A stretch of 64,000 nt of DNA from Epithemia pelagica (taxonomy: Eukaryota > Protista > Bacillariophyta), in the NCBI GenBank assembly GCA_946965045.2, contig OX337239.1, positions 620,001 through 684,000 on the forward strand, read 5' to 3'. Both the position numbers and the translations under genes were made by a program. The notes below the pieces were generated by a model. It was not told the origin of the DNA and made no database searches. It worked only from the letters and a program-made list of their open reading frames with translations. Shown here one piece after another: positions 35,040 to 46,903 of the stretch; positions within the stretch are counted from its first letter, which is position 1; each line of letters starts with the position of its first letter.

Positions 35040-37622
35040 ATGATGAGGATGATAATAATGACACCAAAAAGAGTCGTGAGGGGTATCGCCTGCAGCAGCA
35101 CCACCACCACCACCACCACCATGAGGACAAGACACAACAGGGAGTACCATGGAACTACTACGATTCCACCGTGCCATCCAGGACCACCACCAAGACGACA
35201 ACTCCTTCCTCGGTTCTTTCACACAGCAGGCGGTTCGTCTTGTGGGAAGCTACGACAGTACCAGCTTCCACAACCGCAACAACAACGACTCTTGACCACT
35301 TCTCCAAAAACGAAGAACCAGAGTAGTAGTCCTGGTGGTTTGCGACGACGACGTCCACCCTTGATTTCCTCCTATGCCTTGGACTACTACAATTTGACGC
35401 GAGACTCGACGACAACGACGACGACAGACGACGAGACGATGGAGAATCCCGACCCAACTCCAACGAGTACTACTACGACCACCGAGGAACCCTTCTCCAA
35501 CAACAACATCAAAAACAACCACGATAGCCCTTTGGCACCGACCAACCAATCACCATCACGACACTCATCCTCACGACACTTTTCCAATCAAACGTTGTCG
35601 TTCCAACCCACGGAGAAAGAGGGCCTTGCACTACTATCATCCTTACGGTTTGGGAACCACACTGCTTGGCGACCATCACCACAACCGACATGGACATTTG
35701 GCAGGAGGACCATCACCACCATGCTCCCAAATAGCAACCACGTATTGCTCTCCACCTCCACCTCAGTGAATCCAAATGCTACGATGCGACCACACACCCC
35801 TCCTCTTGCTGTTTTGGCATTCCGTGGGGTGCAGCCGCAACGGCGCAGCCTTTCCTCGCACGCCAAACCTCAAAAGAGGACGAAACAGACGACGAAAAAC
35901 AAGAAGAAGCAGCACCAACCAACATCCAAACAGTCCCAACCAACCACAACAGCAACAAGGACCACCCATGGTAGCCATGACCAGGTCAATGACAATCCTA
36001 CAACCACGACTCCCATGGACTCTTCGAGCAGCAGCAACAACTACCTGTTTCGTCCGCGTCATGTGGTCCTTCGTCCTTTTTCCCCACACTGGCAAGGACG
36101 TCCGATTCGGTTTGTGGATTCGACCGCCATTACCCGGAGGATTGCGGACGGTGCGGCAGCCGCCCGGCCCCCACGACGACCAAAACAACGACAACGACGA
36201 CGAGGTGCCAAGGAGGAGGAGGAAGCCCCACCCGTCTTGACGGAAATTGCCTGTTGGGGCATTTGGCGGACCCTCCTGTATCCCCACGAACTCGTGCCTC
36301 CCACCGACCCGAAACAGTCCTACCACCATTCTCCAACAAAACCACCACAACCACAAGACGACGACGAACGCCTCGAACTTGTCATGGGCTTTCCGGTCGA
36401 TACCCCCGTTGCCATTTTGCACGATACAGGCAAACATTTGCTTCCCGTACAAATGCACGATGTCCGAATGAATGGATTGGTGGCCGTGGCACACGAGTAC
36501 ATTCAACACCACCAACACGAATTGGCACCACACCATGAAGAAGAAGACGAAGATCCAGCCAAACCGACGCCCCGCCAACCAATGGTCATTTCGGGATGGG
36601 GTCCTTGTCTGGAAGAACCAGCCGTGAATGATACTAGTACTACTACTACGGACCCACATCCCACCACAGCCGCCTTTGTCTTGCTCCAAGACGACACGGA
36701 CGACACCAACAAGAACCAAAAGGAACCAGTCGTTCAATTGAAACGAACTCCCGAAATGCTCACCATGACGGGTCTGTCGCGATACAATAATCAGAATGAA
36801 ACACCAAACGAATCCGCTCAATCACCACAAGATTCTCCCAGTGCAACGGGAGACCGTATGGACGACGACGATGAGGAGGAGGAGGAAGAAGAAGAGGATA
36901 CGTTATCCATTCCAGACTTGATGCAGGAAATTGATCAAGAAACCAAACAACTTCAACAACAAGAAGAACAACTTTTGGAGGAGGAACAATCACAATCACC
37001 GACCAAACCCAAACTGAGTTATACACAACGATTCAAGGAACGGAAACGACGCAAACAATTGCTACGACAACAACAACAGCAGACAAAAGGACAAGCGCAA
37101 CCCGATGATAATGGTGGTAAATCAACCAAGCAATCGTGGGCCAAACCCATGGTCAAGGTACTCTTTTCGTTTCCCTACAAGGGACAAGACTATCATTTGG
37201 CCCAATGGTTTCCCTCCCTTTATCTCTTGGCCTATCGCAAGTTGCCACCTTCCAACCGTGACAACAACAACAATGACATTGATGATGACGACGAGGAACC
37301 ATACAATCGGGATCGTTCGTGGACCTTGGTGACAGATGCCGAACACGAACATCTCATGGCTCTGTTGGATATTTCCGTCATGGATCCTCGCATGCCATCC
37401 GATCTCGACGACTGTACCAAACCGTATGAGGCTGGCAAACCAAAACAAAATGGACATCCAGGCGAATCCATCACCCATTCAAACCAGGAGAAGGATGGCA
37501 AGGATGAGGATGATCCGGAGCGAGAACGGATTCAAGACATGTTGCGTCATGAATGGAAAGCCTATTATGAACAAAAGGAGCAACAACGACAAGAATCGCA
37601 AGCACAGTCCCCCACACCTTAA
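35040..37622 (+). CDS. DUF3727-like protein, paralogue 2, with long low-complexity insertions
   Basis: LVMGFPVDTPVAIL, VQLKRTPEMLTMTG, KVLFSFPYKGQDYHLAQWFPSLYLLAYRK, TLVTDAEHEHL. 860-aa uninterrupted ORF. Confidence 0.62.
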   Translation: MMRMIIMTPKRVVRGIACSSTTTTTTTMRTRHNREYHGTTTIPPCHPGPPPRRQLLPRFFHTAGGSSCGKLRQYQLPQPQQQRLLTTSPKTKNQSSSPGGLRRRRPPLISSYALDYYNLTRDSTTTTTTDDETMENPDPTPTSTTTTTEEPFSNNNIKNNHDSPLAPTNQSPSRHSSSRHFSNQTLSFQPTEKEGLALLSSLRFGNHTAWRPSPQPTWTFGRRTITTMLPNSNHVLLSTSTSVNPNATMRPHTPPLAVLAFRGVQPQRRSLSSHAKPQKRTKQTTKNKKKQHQPTSKQSQPTTTATRTTHGSHDQVNDNPTTTTPMDSSSSSNNYLFRPRHVVLRPFSPHWQGRPIRFVDSTAITRRIADGAAAARPPRRPKQRQRRRGAKEEEEAPPVLTEIACWGIWRTLLYPHELVPPTDPKQSYHHSPTKPPQPQDDDERLELVMGFPVDTPVAILHDTGKHLLPVQMHDVRMNGLVAVAHEYIQHHQHELAPHHEEEDEDPAKPTPRQPMVISGWGPCLEEPAVNDTSTTTTDPHPTTAAFVLLQDDTDDTNKNQKEPVVQLKRTPEMLTMTGLSRYNNQNETPNESAQSPQDSPSATGDRMDDDDEEEEEEEEDTLSIPDLMQEIDQETKQLQQQEEQLLEEEQSQSPTKPKLSYTQRFKERKRRKQLLRQQQQQTKGQAQPDDNGGKSTKQSWAKPMVKVLFSFPYKGQDYHLAQWFPSLYLLAYRKLPPSNRDNNNNDIDDDDEEPYNRDRSWTLVTDAEHEHLMALLDISVMDPRMPSDLDDCTKPYEAGKPKQNGHPGESITHSNQEKDGKDEDDPERERIQDMLRHEWKAYYEQKEQQRQESQAQSPTP

Positions 37623-37982
37623 TATGTGGAATGTGGAGCCTTCATTTGGCTGTACAAGGAGGAGTTTGTGTGGGTGTGGGTGGTTGGGTGTCAATGATCG
37701 GAACAGGGTCTCGACAAAGCAAACACGAAAACCCCAGACGCGTGCGCATGTTTTATAGGTAGTAGTCTCTCCAGAGATCAACCCATACAGGCAGAGTACG
37801 AATATATTCTGTACGAGTCGTTTACCGTGTTGGTTATAGTGTATTAAGGTTAGTATTGTGTCCTTGTCGTCATCAAGCTGGCAGTAGTACCGAGGTGGTG
37901 AGCTTCTGGTGGAGGAGTGGTGGCCATTCCTCTTCTGGTATCGATTGAATGAAACATGGCTTTCTTCCTTCTCTATAGCATT

Positions 37983-38911
37983 CTAATGATGCCGTAAGAG
38001 CGACATGATTTTCTTTTCTTGTCTCTTTGATTGAAAGCCCGTCGATTTTCCCAATTGATTGGACTGGTATCGTGGTTTGTTACCCTTGAAATGTCGATTG
38101 CCTTGTTTCCAACTGTTTGTTTGGTTGTCATAATAGTAGAATCATGGAATAGAGGAGGAGGACCGACACACCCAGGCAACCGTTGTTGCACAAAACCAAG
38201 AAAACCAAAAGAAAAAGTATCCGTTTGGTGGAACTGTGTGAGTCTCGGGAGTCGGGAGGAAAGACCAAAACCCATGTGCTTCGAGGAGAAAGCGAGAGAG
38301 AACCCAGTTCTTCGTATCCCTCCAAGAACACTAAAGAATAGTTTTCTCCTCCTACACAACTCCACACAAACCTACAACTCCACACTCTTTACGTACCGTT
38401 TGAGTTTGCCATTGCCCTTGACTCGAAATCGTGCGGCGACGGCCTTGTTGGTTTTCAAGCCCGACTTGTACTTGGTTCGAATCGTTGTCATGTTCAGGGG
38501 GTCCACCACTCCCAATCGAATGGGTTGCGGTTGTTGCTGTTGTGGAACCATAGTGGTCCTGTGCTGCGGATTGGACCCCAACACGGACGACAAGGGCGAC
38601 GACAAGGAGGAGGAGGAGGAGCAGGACAACAGGGTGGAGAAGGCATGGCGGTGACCAATGGGCAACGTGCTCCAAGAATTGCGAGTCCTTGTTGGGGTCG
38701 TGCTCCATTCCAGGGGGCCTGGTTGTTGTTGTCGTAGCGACGATTCAGGGAGGAGAACTCGTGGAAAGGATGATTTCGAGGATTTGAACGGTACGGTTGT
38801 GCTGGTTGCTGTTGCTGTATTGGATGGCATTGTCGAGGCATGCCATCCACGAACCAAAGATCGGAACGTGACCATGGGTGGTTGCCGATTCATCATGCTC
38901 CAGAGACTCAT
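37983..38911 (-). CDS. MRPL35: Mitochondrial ribosomal protein bL35 with N-terminal presequence; exons 38911-38397, 38112-37983
   Basis: Intron 38396-38113 (GTACGT...AAACAG) gives KSGLKTNKAVAARFRVKGNGKLKRWKQGNRHFKGNKPRYQSNQLGK, matching the bL35 pattern KTxKxAAKRFK..GxGK.KR...G.RH. Confidence 0.85.
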
Positions 38912-39376
38912 ATTTGTTCGTTTCAATTTGGTTTGTGGTTCTCTTGACTTGACTAGTGCGTTTTTTGTGTTGAGATACAAACTGTGATGGAAGATTCCAA
39001 CGTCGAGAGATCTTTGGGTACACCTTCACCTTGTTTCGGTGGATGATGCGAAGGACGATGCTGATGCTGATGGTGTCGATGCTGTGTCTGTCGGCCATCT
39101 GGAATCTGGATGGTCCATCATGGTCCACAGATTGGAGGGTACCTCGCGAACCGCAACAACAATCTCTATCGGTTAGGAATTGATAAATATTGAATTTTTC
39201 TTTAATTCTTCAGTACTCGCCGACTGGTAGTGTGCTCTGTCCTTCTCCCCTATCCGCGACCCAACTCCTATATCCCAAAGATTTCGTTCACCAAAGGATA
39301 CCATGACAATGATGAGGATGAGGAGGATTAGAGCAAGAAGGACCAACGGCTGTCAAGTTCCTTACAAGACCGATTG
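38309..39376. repeat. Local segmental duplication, copy A (copy B at 43951-45106): bL35 exon 1, shared promoter and DUF3727-like 5' end
   Basis: Colinear from TCTTCGTATCCCTCCAA through CAATCTCTATCGGTT and CCCTATCCGCGACCCAACTCC to ACAAGACCGATTG. Confidence 0.88.
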
Positions 39377-39378
39377 GT

Positions 39379-41327
39379 ATGATGTATTATGAAAAGGCAC
39401 TCCGGCTTGTGACAAACCTCGAGCGGCTCGATGAAGACTCGACAGACGACCTTCTTTGCAAAAAGTTTGGGTATGTTGTGTCATGCCAAGTCTACGGAAA
39501 CATGAAGAGAAACCAAGACTCGAAAGCGGATGACATCAAAGCTCTCATGCACCGTTTCCTGCATTTGCGAATCGCGTACCATGACAACGTAAGAATAAAC
39601 CGTTCCGGAGCGTCCGCGTTCTATTCCGTCCTGGTTAAGAGCGACGGAAAAGGATCTATCAAAGAGATTTACCGCGTGCGTCTCCCAGGCAATCTGATTA
39701 TTGGTTAAGGGAAGCCTGAAAACCAGAACCATGTCATGATCTTCACTCGAGGAGAGTTTGTTCAAACAATCGCTATGAACCAGGAAGGATACTTTGAAGG
39801 AGCCTTGAAGATGCGAAACTATTTGCAAGAGTTCGCGAAACGAGAGGGGCCGCTTCCCACCACGATCCTGGGTTTTCGCGAGCACATTTTCACTGGAAGT
39901 GTCAGCTCATTGGCCAACTACATGGCGTTTCAAGAAATATCCTTTGCGACGCTGGGCCAAGGTGTGCTTACGCGTCCATTGCACATATGTCTCCACTATG
40001 GTCATCCTATATATTTGACAAACTGTTGAGGAGGAGAGTCAATAAAGCATCCAAAGGTATCAAGTCGGGAAATGCTGTGATGTTGGTATGAGCAGATCTA
40101 CAAATTCGAAGCGAAATTGAGCCAAGGAGCCGAAGAACAAAGTCATTCTCGAGATGTTAACCGAATGTGCCATCGTTTGGATTTCTCCGGATTGAACTCG
40201 TTCTACTACGGAGATATAGGACATTACTTCTCAAATGTTCTCACGATTTTCCAGGTGTACATTATTGTGTATTTGATGGCGGCCCTGGCTGTGTGTTTGA
40301 GCTTGAGCGAATTGGTACCCGAAACATTACTCCCCTGGGAACTATTCAGATGCTTCTTGGTGGCCTTTGTCTGCTGCAGACAATCCCTCTGTTGGCCACG
40401 CCCGGTGTGGAACGCGGCTTGTGGGCAAGTATTCCAGAAATTTTCTTGGTGTTTGTAACAGGTGGTCCTCTTCATTTCATGTTCCACATCCAAACAAAGG
40501 CTACGTACATGGTACAAACCATTTTCGTAGGCGGAGCAAAGTACCGACCAACTGGACCTGGCTTTGTAACGCAGTACACTCCGTTCGACGAGCCATCTAT
40601 ACCATGGCGTCGAGCTTGCGGCTGGTTTGATCTTTGTTGCGATATACATCGATGCTGGACAGTATTTCGGCCGAACATGGTCTCTGTGGTTAGCTTCGAT
40701 GTCTTCCTAACAAGTCCTTTTTGGTTCAACCCTCTTTCGTTTGAGTGGCGAGTTGTCCTTGAAGATTACAACATTTGGCTCGAGTTGATCCTTGGAAGTA
40801 CCGGAGGAGCTTCGAAGAGCTGGTCTGTGTGGTGGAACGAGGAAAACGCCTTCTATAAAGGTATGCCTTTGTGGTCAAAGGTGATCTATTTCATGAAGGC
40901 GGTCCTTTTCGTCTTACTGGGCGAAGGTATCCGTCGATCAAGCCTTTTCCGATCTGACGTTGGTCTGTACCACCCCATGTTCCGTATTGGACACGTTCTT
41001 ATCGCCGTTGTTGTTCTTATCGCCGTTGTTGTCCTGGTGTTTATTAGCCGCCTCTTCTCTGCCACTGAACGCTCCATTCCGTACCCTGTCCGTCGCACTA
41101 TTGGTATTCTGCTCTTTGTTGTGGAAGACACCTGTCCTCGGCGGGTGGTGGTGGCAGTGACTTTTCGTTTAGTCAACCCGAAGCCATGCCAACAAGATAT
41201 TCATGATGGAATTAGCGAAAGAAATATCAATGTCGCTGCGAGGATGACAATGGTTGAGATCAATATACATGGGTCTGTCCAATTATGGACCTTACGAGGT
41301 GTCATCCCCTTCTTGTCTCGAAAATAG
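39379..41327 (+). pseudogene. 1,3-beta-glucan (callose/chrysolaminarin) synthase, GT48, internal fragment with stops and frameshifts
   Basis: MMYYEKALRL, KFGYVVSCQVYG, YRVRLPGN.IIG*GKPENQNH..IFTRGE..QTI.MNQ, FREHIFTGSVSSLA, LHYGHP, GGPLHFMFHIQTKA. No 5' part of the gene. Confidence 0.92.
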
Positions 41328-41790
41328 TGATGAAGCGACCTTTCCCTAATACGCCCAGCAGGGTGAGTGATTCTTTGTAATGGGTTAACGACTTAATGCA
41401 TTCTATCGTTATCTCGCCTTTCGAGTATTCTAGCCTACACTCCTCTAGTAGTAGGCCGACGTCGTCGCCACCACCAGTCTGTGGGAGTTCGGGCTTCGGA
41501 CATATCCCTAACTGGCCTTGACTTTGACCTGGCCGTGATTGCACCATCACATGTGAATGGTCTCTGTTGTTCCAGCAGGTTGTGCAAGCAACTACTCCTA
41601 CTCCTCTAGAGTAGGACCTACCCCTGTAGGATAACTACGTACTCCTTATTCCCAGTTCAAGAAGGGGTCGCCCGGCGCGAAGGGAGCACAGGGTGGCTCC
41701 GTTTCAAAACTGTGTTTTCGCAGACTTACTTTTACCAACCAAGCTGACATTCAAGAGGAGCCAAGTTGGCGCCCAGCTGAATGGCCTCCA

Positions 41791-42702
41791 TTGCCAGGAG
41801 GTGGGCGAATAAATCACGCCTCCGTTGTTCTGGAATATCCCAACGAGAACAAAGAAGAGATTGTTCTTGTATTGGGAGGTAGTGATGAGTATTCGCAGCA
41901 TTACTTCAATTCCGTCTTCCTTTTGAATCTTCGCGATAAAGTGTGGCGAGAAGGACGCGCCATGAAAGAAGCACGAGAAGCGTGTGCAGCCGTGGTATGC
42001 CATGGGGCTGTTTACGCCATTGGAGGAGAGCGGAATCGCAGGATGTTGTCCACCATTGAACGAATTCTCATTGAAGACTTGGTCTCTTCATCATTTGCGA
42101 GCAATCAAGATCATTATCAATGGTCCACGTTGAAATGCCGTTTGTCGGTCGAAAGAAAAGGGTGCGCCGCAGCCGTTGTGCATGACAGATTCATTGTCGT
42201 GGCGGGCGGAGAATTTGAGTATGAAAAAATGCTCTCTACAGTTGATATAATTGACACGTGCTCCTCAAGCACATGCATTGTTGTATCTGGGCCACAGATG
42301 AATGTGCCTCGAACTTGTTTTGGCATGGCCGTGATTGGTTCACGCATTTATGCTGTTGGTGGTGGGTTATGTGCAGTTGGTGATGGAGAAGATGGAGAAG
42401 ATGATCCATACGAAATTAAGTCTGTCGAGTATTTGGATGCAGACAACTGGCTGCAAGAAGGAACATCCACCAAGTCGTGGCAAATTGAAGAGAATCTTGT
42501 TCTTGGTTCTCCTCGATACAATCATGGTATGGTCGCAGTGGGATCATGCCTTGTCGTTGTAGGAGGGTCGACATTTGAGGATCCGAATTCTTCTGTGGAG
42601 GTCCTCGACACAGAACGCAACATTGTATGGAAGCTGCCTGAACTACAAGGATACGTATTCGGAGCTTACAACATCGATCCAAGTTTGGTATGCCGAACAT
42701 GA
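41791..42702 (+). pseudogene. Kelch-repeat protein fragment (likely 5'- and 3'-truncated)
   Basis: About five Kelch blades (VLVLGG..FNSVFLL; AVYAIGG; WSTLKCRLSVERKGCAAAVVHDRFIVVAGG; GPQMNVPRTCFGMAVIGSRIYAVGG; GSCLVVVGG). No clear ATG start; the last blade is cut off. Confidence 0.75.
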
Positions 42703-43488
42703 AGATGATCCAGATCCAATTTCTCAAGTTTCGGGTGAAACCCTGTCTCTTGTGGACAGCAACTCTTTTTGTTTCACTCGATTGATGGCTCTGAATCCAG
42801 GCCAACTGAAAGTATTGAGACAATATGCCGAACCGTCGATGACGCTGCCGCAATCAGTGCGAGAGGAGACAAACGAAGGGATAGAGGTGAAGGCGACATG
42901 GGAAACCGGTTGTTGCTGCTGTGGCGGTGGTGGTGGTGGTGGTGGTGGTGGTGGTGTGGTTCTTCTTCTCTTTGTGGATGCGGTCGTTGTACTCCTGCAA
43001 GTAGAACCAACTCTTGTGGGCGTCGATTCAGTGCTGGTTCGGTTGTTGCTGGTGGTTTTGACACGACTTTCATTCTTGTTGCTGTTGTTGCTTCGTCGTG
43101 TGGCATCTCGTTTGGGTTGCTTTTGTGGTCCAGTGTCTCGTGTTTGTTGCTTTTGTGGTGGTGTGGTCCTGGTGGTCGTTCTTGTCGTCGGCCGCAGCTG
43201 CGGTGGCTGCTCCTGGTCATTGTCGTCGTCATGGTTGTTGTCTTGGGGCACCACGGGATGATATTGGTACAACCATTGCAGCAAGTCCCATCAATACGAA
43301 GCAAAGAAATGAATGTGAGGTTGTGACCGTTGTTTCTACCTATAGAATCGGTCCAACACAGCGACACACACAAACACGACATGTAGAAGCGGGAGATCCT
43401 AATCAGTTTCATTAGATTTCATATGATTTTTATTTCTAGTTAGGAAGAGAAGATCGTGGACGATCGACTTTCGTGGACCATATGGCTA

Positions 43489-43950
43489 GTAAAAACCCAT
43501 TAGGGCGGCACGGCCTTGGTTCAATTCACTAGCACACTTGGTCAACTTGGTCTCTTCATCGAAAGAGTCCCAGCCAAAGTCAATGGTGCCGCTGCGGAAG
43601 TCACCAGGGAATTCACCGGGTTCGGCATCGTTGGCTTGATCCATCATGATGCAGGCTTTCAACGAACCAACGAACAACAACAATTGCACAAATCCACCAG
43701 TGGGTATGGCCTTGAAGCCGTTGGGGATGGAGGCAAACAATGTGCCAGAGTAGTCAATGTCTCCGAGAAGACAAGTTTTCCGATAACACCCCCAACATGC
43801 AGATGCGACCGTTGTCAGCCGTGCTTCAATGCGACGTAACAAAGGCGGTCGAACTTTTCTTGGTAAACCGTCAGCGACAAGGCCGAGGGGATCAAACAAG
43901 TTAAGAGGAGGCTGGGCACCCAAAGCATCTTCACAGCAGGCGTTCCAGGC
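43489..43950 (-). pseudogene. Lhcf: Fucoxanthin-chlorophyll a/c binding protein (Lhcf-type) fragment
   Basis: LGAQPPLNLFDPLGLVADG, GDIDYSGTLFASIPNGF, GDFRSGTIDFGWDSFDEETKL..ELNQGRAALMG. Helix-1 EIKHGR region is frameshifted and the signal peptide is absent. Confidence 0.92.
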
Positions 43951-44560
43951 TCTTCGTATCCCTCCAACAACACTAAAGAATCGTTTTTCTCCTCCTACAC
44001 AACTCCACACAAACCTACAACTCCACACTCTTTACGTACCGTTTGAGTTTGCCATTGCCCTTGACTCGAAATCGTGCGGCGACGGCCTTGTTGGTTTCCA
44101 AGCCTGACTTGTACTTGGTTCAAATCGTTGCCATGTTCAGGGGGTCCACCACTCCCAGTCGAATGGGTTGTGGTTGTTGTTGTGGAACCATAGTGGTCCT
44201 GTGCTGCGGGTTGGACCCCCACACGGACGACAACGACAACGACAAGGAGGAGGAGGAGCAGCAGGACAACAGAGTGGAGAAGGCATGGCGGTCACCAATG
44301 GGTAACGTGCTCCAAGCATTGCGAGTCCTTGTTGGGGTCGTTCTCCATTCATGTTGCTGTTGCTGGTGTCGTACTAGGAGCGACTCGTGAGAAAGGCTGA
44401 TGGCGAGGATTGGAATCGTACGGTTGTGCTTGTTGTTGCTGTTGCTGTAGTAGGAGAGTGATGCTGTGTGAATGGTGGCATTGTCGAGGCATGCCATCCA
44501 CGAACCAAAGACCGGAACGTGATCATGGGTGGTTGGCGATTCATCATGCTCTAGAAACTC
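43951..44560 (-). pseudogene. Pseudogenised copy of bL35 exon 1 plus partial intron
   Basis: ATT CGA in the intact copy is ATT TGA here (44120-44122). Exon 2 is missing and is replaced by the Lhcf fragment. Confidence 0.85.
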
Positions 44561-45037
44561 ATATTATTTGCCCCTTTTTCGTTTGTGGACACACTCAGGT
44601 TCTTGTGACTTGAATAGTGTCTTGTGCGGTCACTTCAAACACTGCAAGATCACGGTTGACGTTCGATAAAGTATATATGGATCGTTTGTTGAGACAAAGG
44701 GTGATGGAACCTCCCAACAGTGTAGGAAGATGTCGAGATCTATGGGTCAAATAATAGCACCTTGTTGTTTTGGTGCTGGATGATGCAAAGGATGATGGGA
44801 TGATGATGGCTTTCCTGTTTTGGTGTGTCGATGCCGTGTCTGTCGGATGGATGGTCCATCATGGTCGAAGGAAACTGTAACAATCTCTATCGGTTCAGAA
44901 TAGATATAAATAAATTGTATTACGAATTATCGATTTCTATCTGATAGGTAGTGGTATCTTTGATCTTTCCCCTATCCGCGACCCAACTCCTTTGGCGTCG
45001 CCGAAAGATTTCACAGAAAACCACTCAAAGATATACC

Positions 45038-46903
45038 ATGAGAACGATGAAGATGAGGATGAGACAAAGGACCAACGGCCTAGCAAGTTCGCTACAAGAC
45101 CGATTGCTGCATTCAATCCATGGGAGTGGTCCTTGCCTTCCAACAAGTGTGTTTCCTTTCCAAGGAAACGGAACAACCACAAGAACAACAAGAAGGGTGA
45201 CTCATCCTCGCACGGGGCCACCACAACGACGGCTGTATCATGCTTCTACCAATTCGCGTCGTTCCTCATCGTCGTCGTGCTCGTTGGATGCCTTGTTTAA
45301 GAATCATTCAGGACCTGCCGCCATGGTGAATGAAACTACCTACGCGGCGCAATGGTCGGCAGCGCAAGCAGCCGCGCAAGCGGTCCAAGTGGACACGGCT
45401 CCTCTGCAACAAAAGCACAACCTAGACGACGGCGACAAGAACAAGTCGGCGACGACGGCACAACAACAACAACAAGACGAAGAAGAAGAAGACTATGAAG
45501 ATGAGGATGAAGAACACGAACCCTACTTTAATACTCACGAAAAGCCCTTGCTGCGACGATTGCCCAAACGATTGCGCCACAAAATGTTGCCCTTTTTTGA
45601 TCCCACGAGTAGCCATAAATACCCCTTACGGGCTTGCGACAACCACAACCACCACAACGACCAGGAACCACCCGTGTCGTCTCAAACCTTTTTGGCCTGC
45701 TGGCCCTTGTGGATGGCCGATTATCAAAACGTTCGCTACATTATTGGCAAACCCGTCCATACTCCCATTGCCATTTATCGACAAGTCACGTCGGTACCAC
45801 AACCTACCCAACAACAACCCTATCCGGAAACGGCCACGACGACTTCCCGAAAACGTAGTAGTAGTACCACAACAAAAAGCGGCAGCGGCCGCCCAAAGGA
45901 GGACGATGATTCGCAATTGCCGGCTCCAGAATTTTACAATTATCGTCAAGACATTACTTCCCAGAATGGCGGCTTTTTTGTCCAAGACTTGTTGCCCGTC
46001 TTGCGTCATCACGTGACACAGTCCAGTCAGGGTCGATACCAATTGCAGTGGCAATCCGTCTACAATCCTACCCTGCGGCTCATTGATACCTGGGATCAAC
46101 CCACACCGACCATGGATGAAGTGGAACGAGAAGCCAAGATTCATGCCCGACGAGCACATGAATACTACAAACAGCAGCAACAACAGAAAACGAAAACGGA
46201 GACGAATCCGGACAGCAAGGAATCTTCCACCAACGCATCAGCACCATCATCCTCCTTTTTTACCAGTCCTCCCTTAGTTTTGGATCGAAGTGCAACTCGG
46301 TTGCTTTGCAAGGTCCGACATGGTTCACATTGGTACTATGTGATACAACCCCTGTATCCAGTCTTGCATGCGGCGGCCTGCATTCGTCATTCCGTTCAGC
46401 ATACTACCGACCAGGAAGATGACAACAACAGCAGCAATACTGTTCCACTCAGTCGTCGTCATCAAACGCACCAAACCTCCTATTGTTTGTTGACTCCGGC
46501 CGAATGTCAAGCCATTTTACCACAATTGCGCAGTCAAAATACGGCCGGTCTCTCCAATCTTGTACCCGACCAGGAATTTGACAATTGGTTCACCAAATAT
46601 GGTGGCACGGACTATCTGGTCAGTGGCAGCAGTACGGCCGCAGCCGTGCAACCGCACGTCGGAATAGGCGTGTCGTCGTCGTCGTCGTCGCACACCGAAT
46701 TCAACAACCACAACAAGAACAAGAACCAGAACAGGTCCGAAACGGACGACGCCAATCCCCAAAGTCGCATTTTTACTACGCATCGTCCCTTGACTGCAAA
46801 GGCACCGACGACCACGACACCCGTTTCCTCCGTCGAATTGCCTCGGCCACCGTCCTTGCCTCCAGAAGGAGGACGAGGACGACGACGCACACGACATTCC
46901 TAG
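45038..46903 (+). CDS. DUF3727-like protein, paralogue 3 (most divergent)
   Basis: WPLWMADYQNVRYIIGKPVHTPIAIYR, QDLLPVL, RLLCKVRHGSHWYYVIQPLYPVLHAA and LLTPAECQAILPQL mirror the blocks of paralogues 1 and 2. Basic, Ser/Thr-rich N-terminus. Confidence 0.55.
   Translation: MRTMKMRMRQRTNGLASSLQDRLLHSIHGSGPCLPTSVFPFQGNGTTTRTTRRVTHPRTGPPQRRLYHASTNSRRSSSSSCSLDALFKNHSGPAAMVNETTYAAQWSAAQAAAQAVQVDTAPLQQKHNLDDGDKNKSATTAQQQQQDEEEEDYEDEDEEHEPYFNTHEKPLLRRLPKRLRHKMLPFFDPTSSHKYPLRACDNHNHHNDQEPPVSSQTFLACWPLWMADYQNVRYIIGKPVHTPIAIYRQVTSVPQPTQQQPYPETATTTSRKRSSSTTTKSGSGRPKEDDDSQLPAPEFYNYRQDITSQNGGFFVQDLLPVLRHHVTQSSQGRYQLQWQSVYNPTLRLIDTWDQPTPTMDEVEREAKIHARRAHEYYKQQQQQKTKTETNPDSKESSTNASAPSSSFFTSPPLVLDRSATRLLCKVRHGSHWYYVIQPLYPVLHAAACIRHSVQHTTDQEDDNNSSNTVPLSRRHQTHQTSYCLLTPAECQAILPQLRSQNTAGLSNLVPDQEFDNWFTKYGGTDYLVSGSSTAAAVQPHVGIGVSSSSSSHTEFNNHNKNKNQNRSETDDANPQSRIFTTHRPLTAKAPTTTTPVSSVELPRPPSLPPEGGRGRRRTRHS

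Noticed and set aside
35763-36821. 352-aa minus-strand ORF and similar hydrophobic ORFs opposite low-complexity genes
   Set aside because: The reverse complement of CAA/ACG-rich coding sequence yields stop-poor Val/Leu-rich frames; not independent genes.
41600-41710. Short GC-rich hairpin (GGAGCAC...GTGGCTCC) as a Helitron 3' end explaining the fragment cassette
   Set aside because: The stem is imperfect, no CTRR terminus follows at the expected distance, and it is internal rather than at a cassette boundary.
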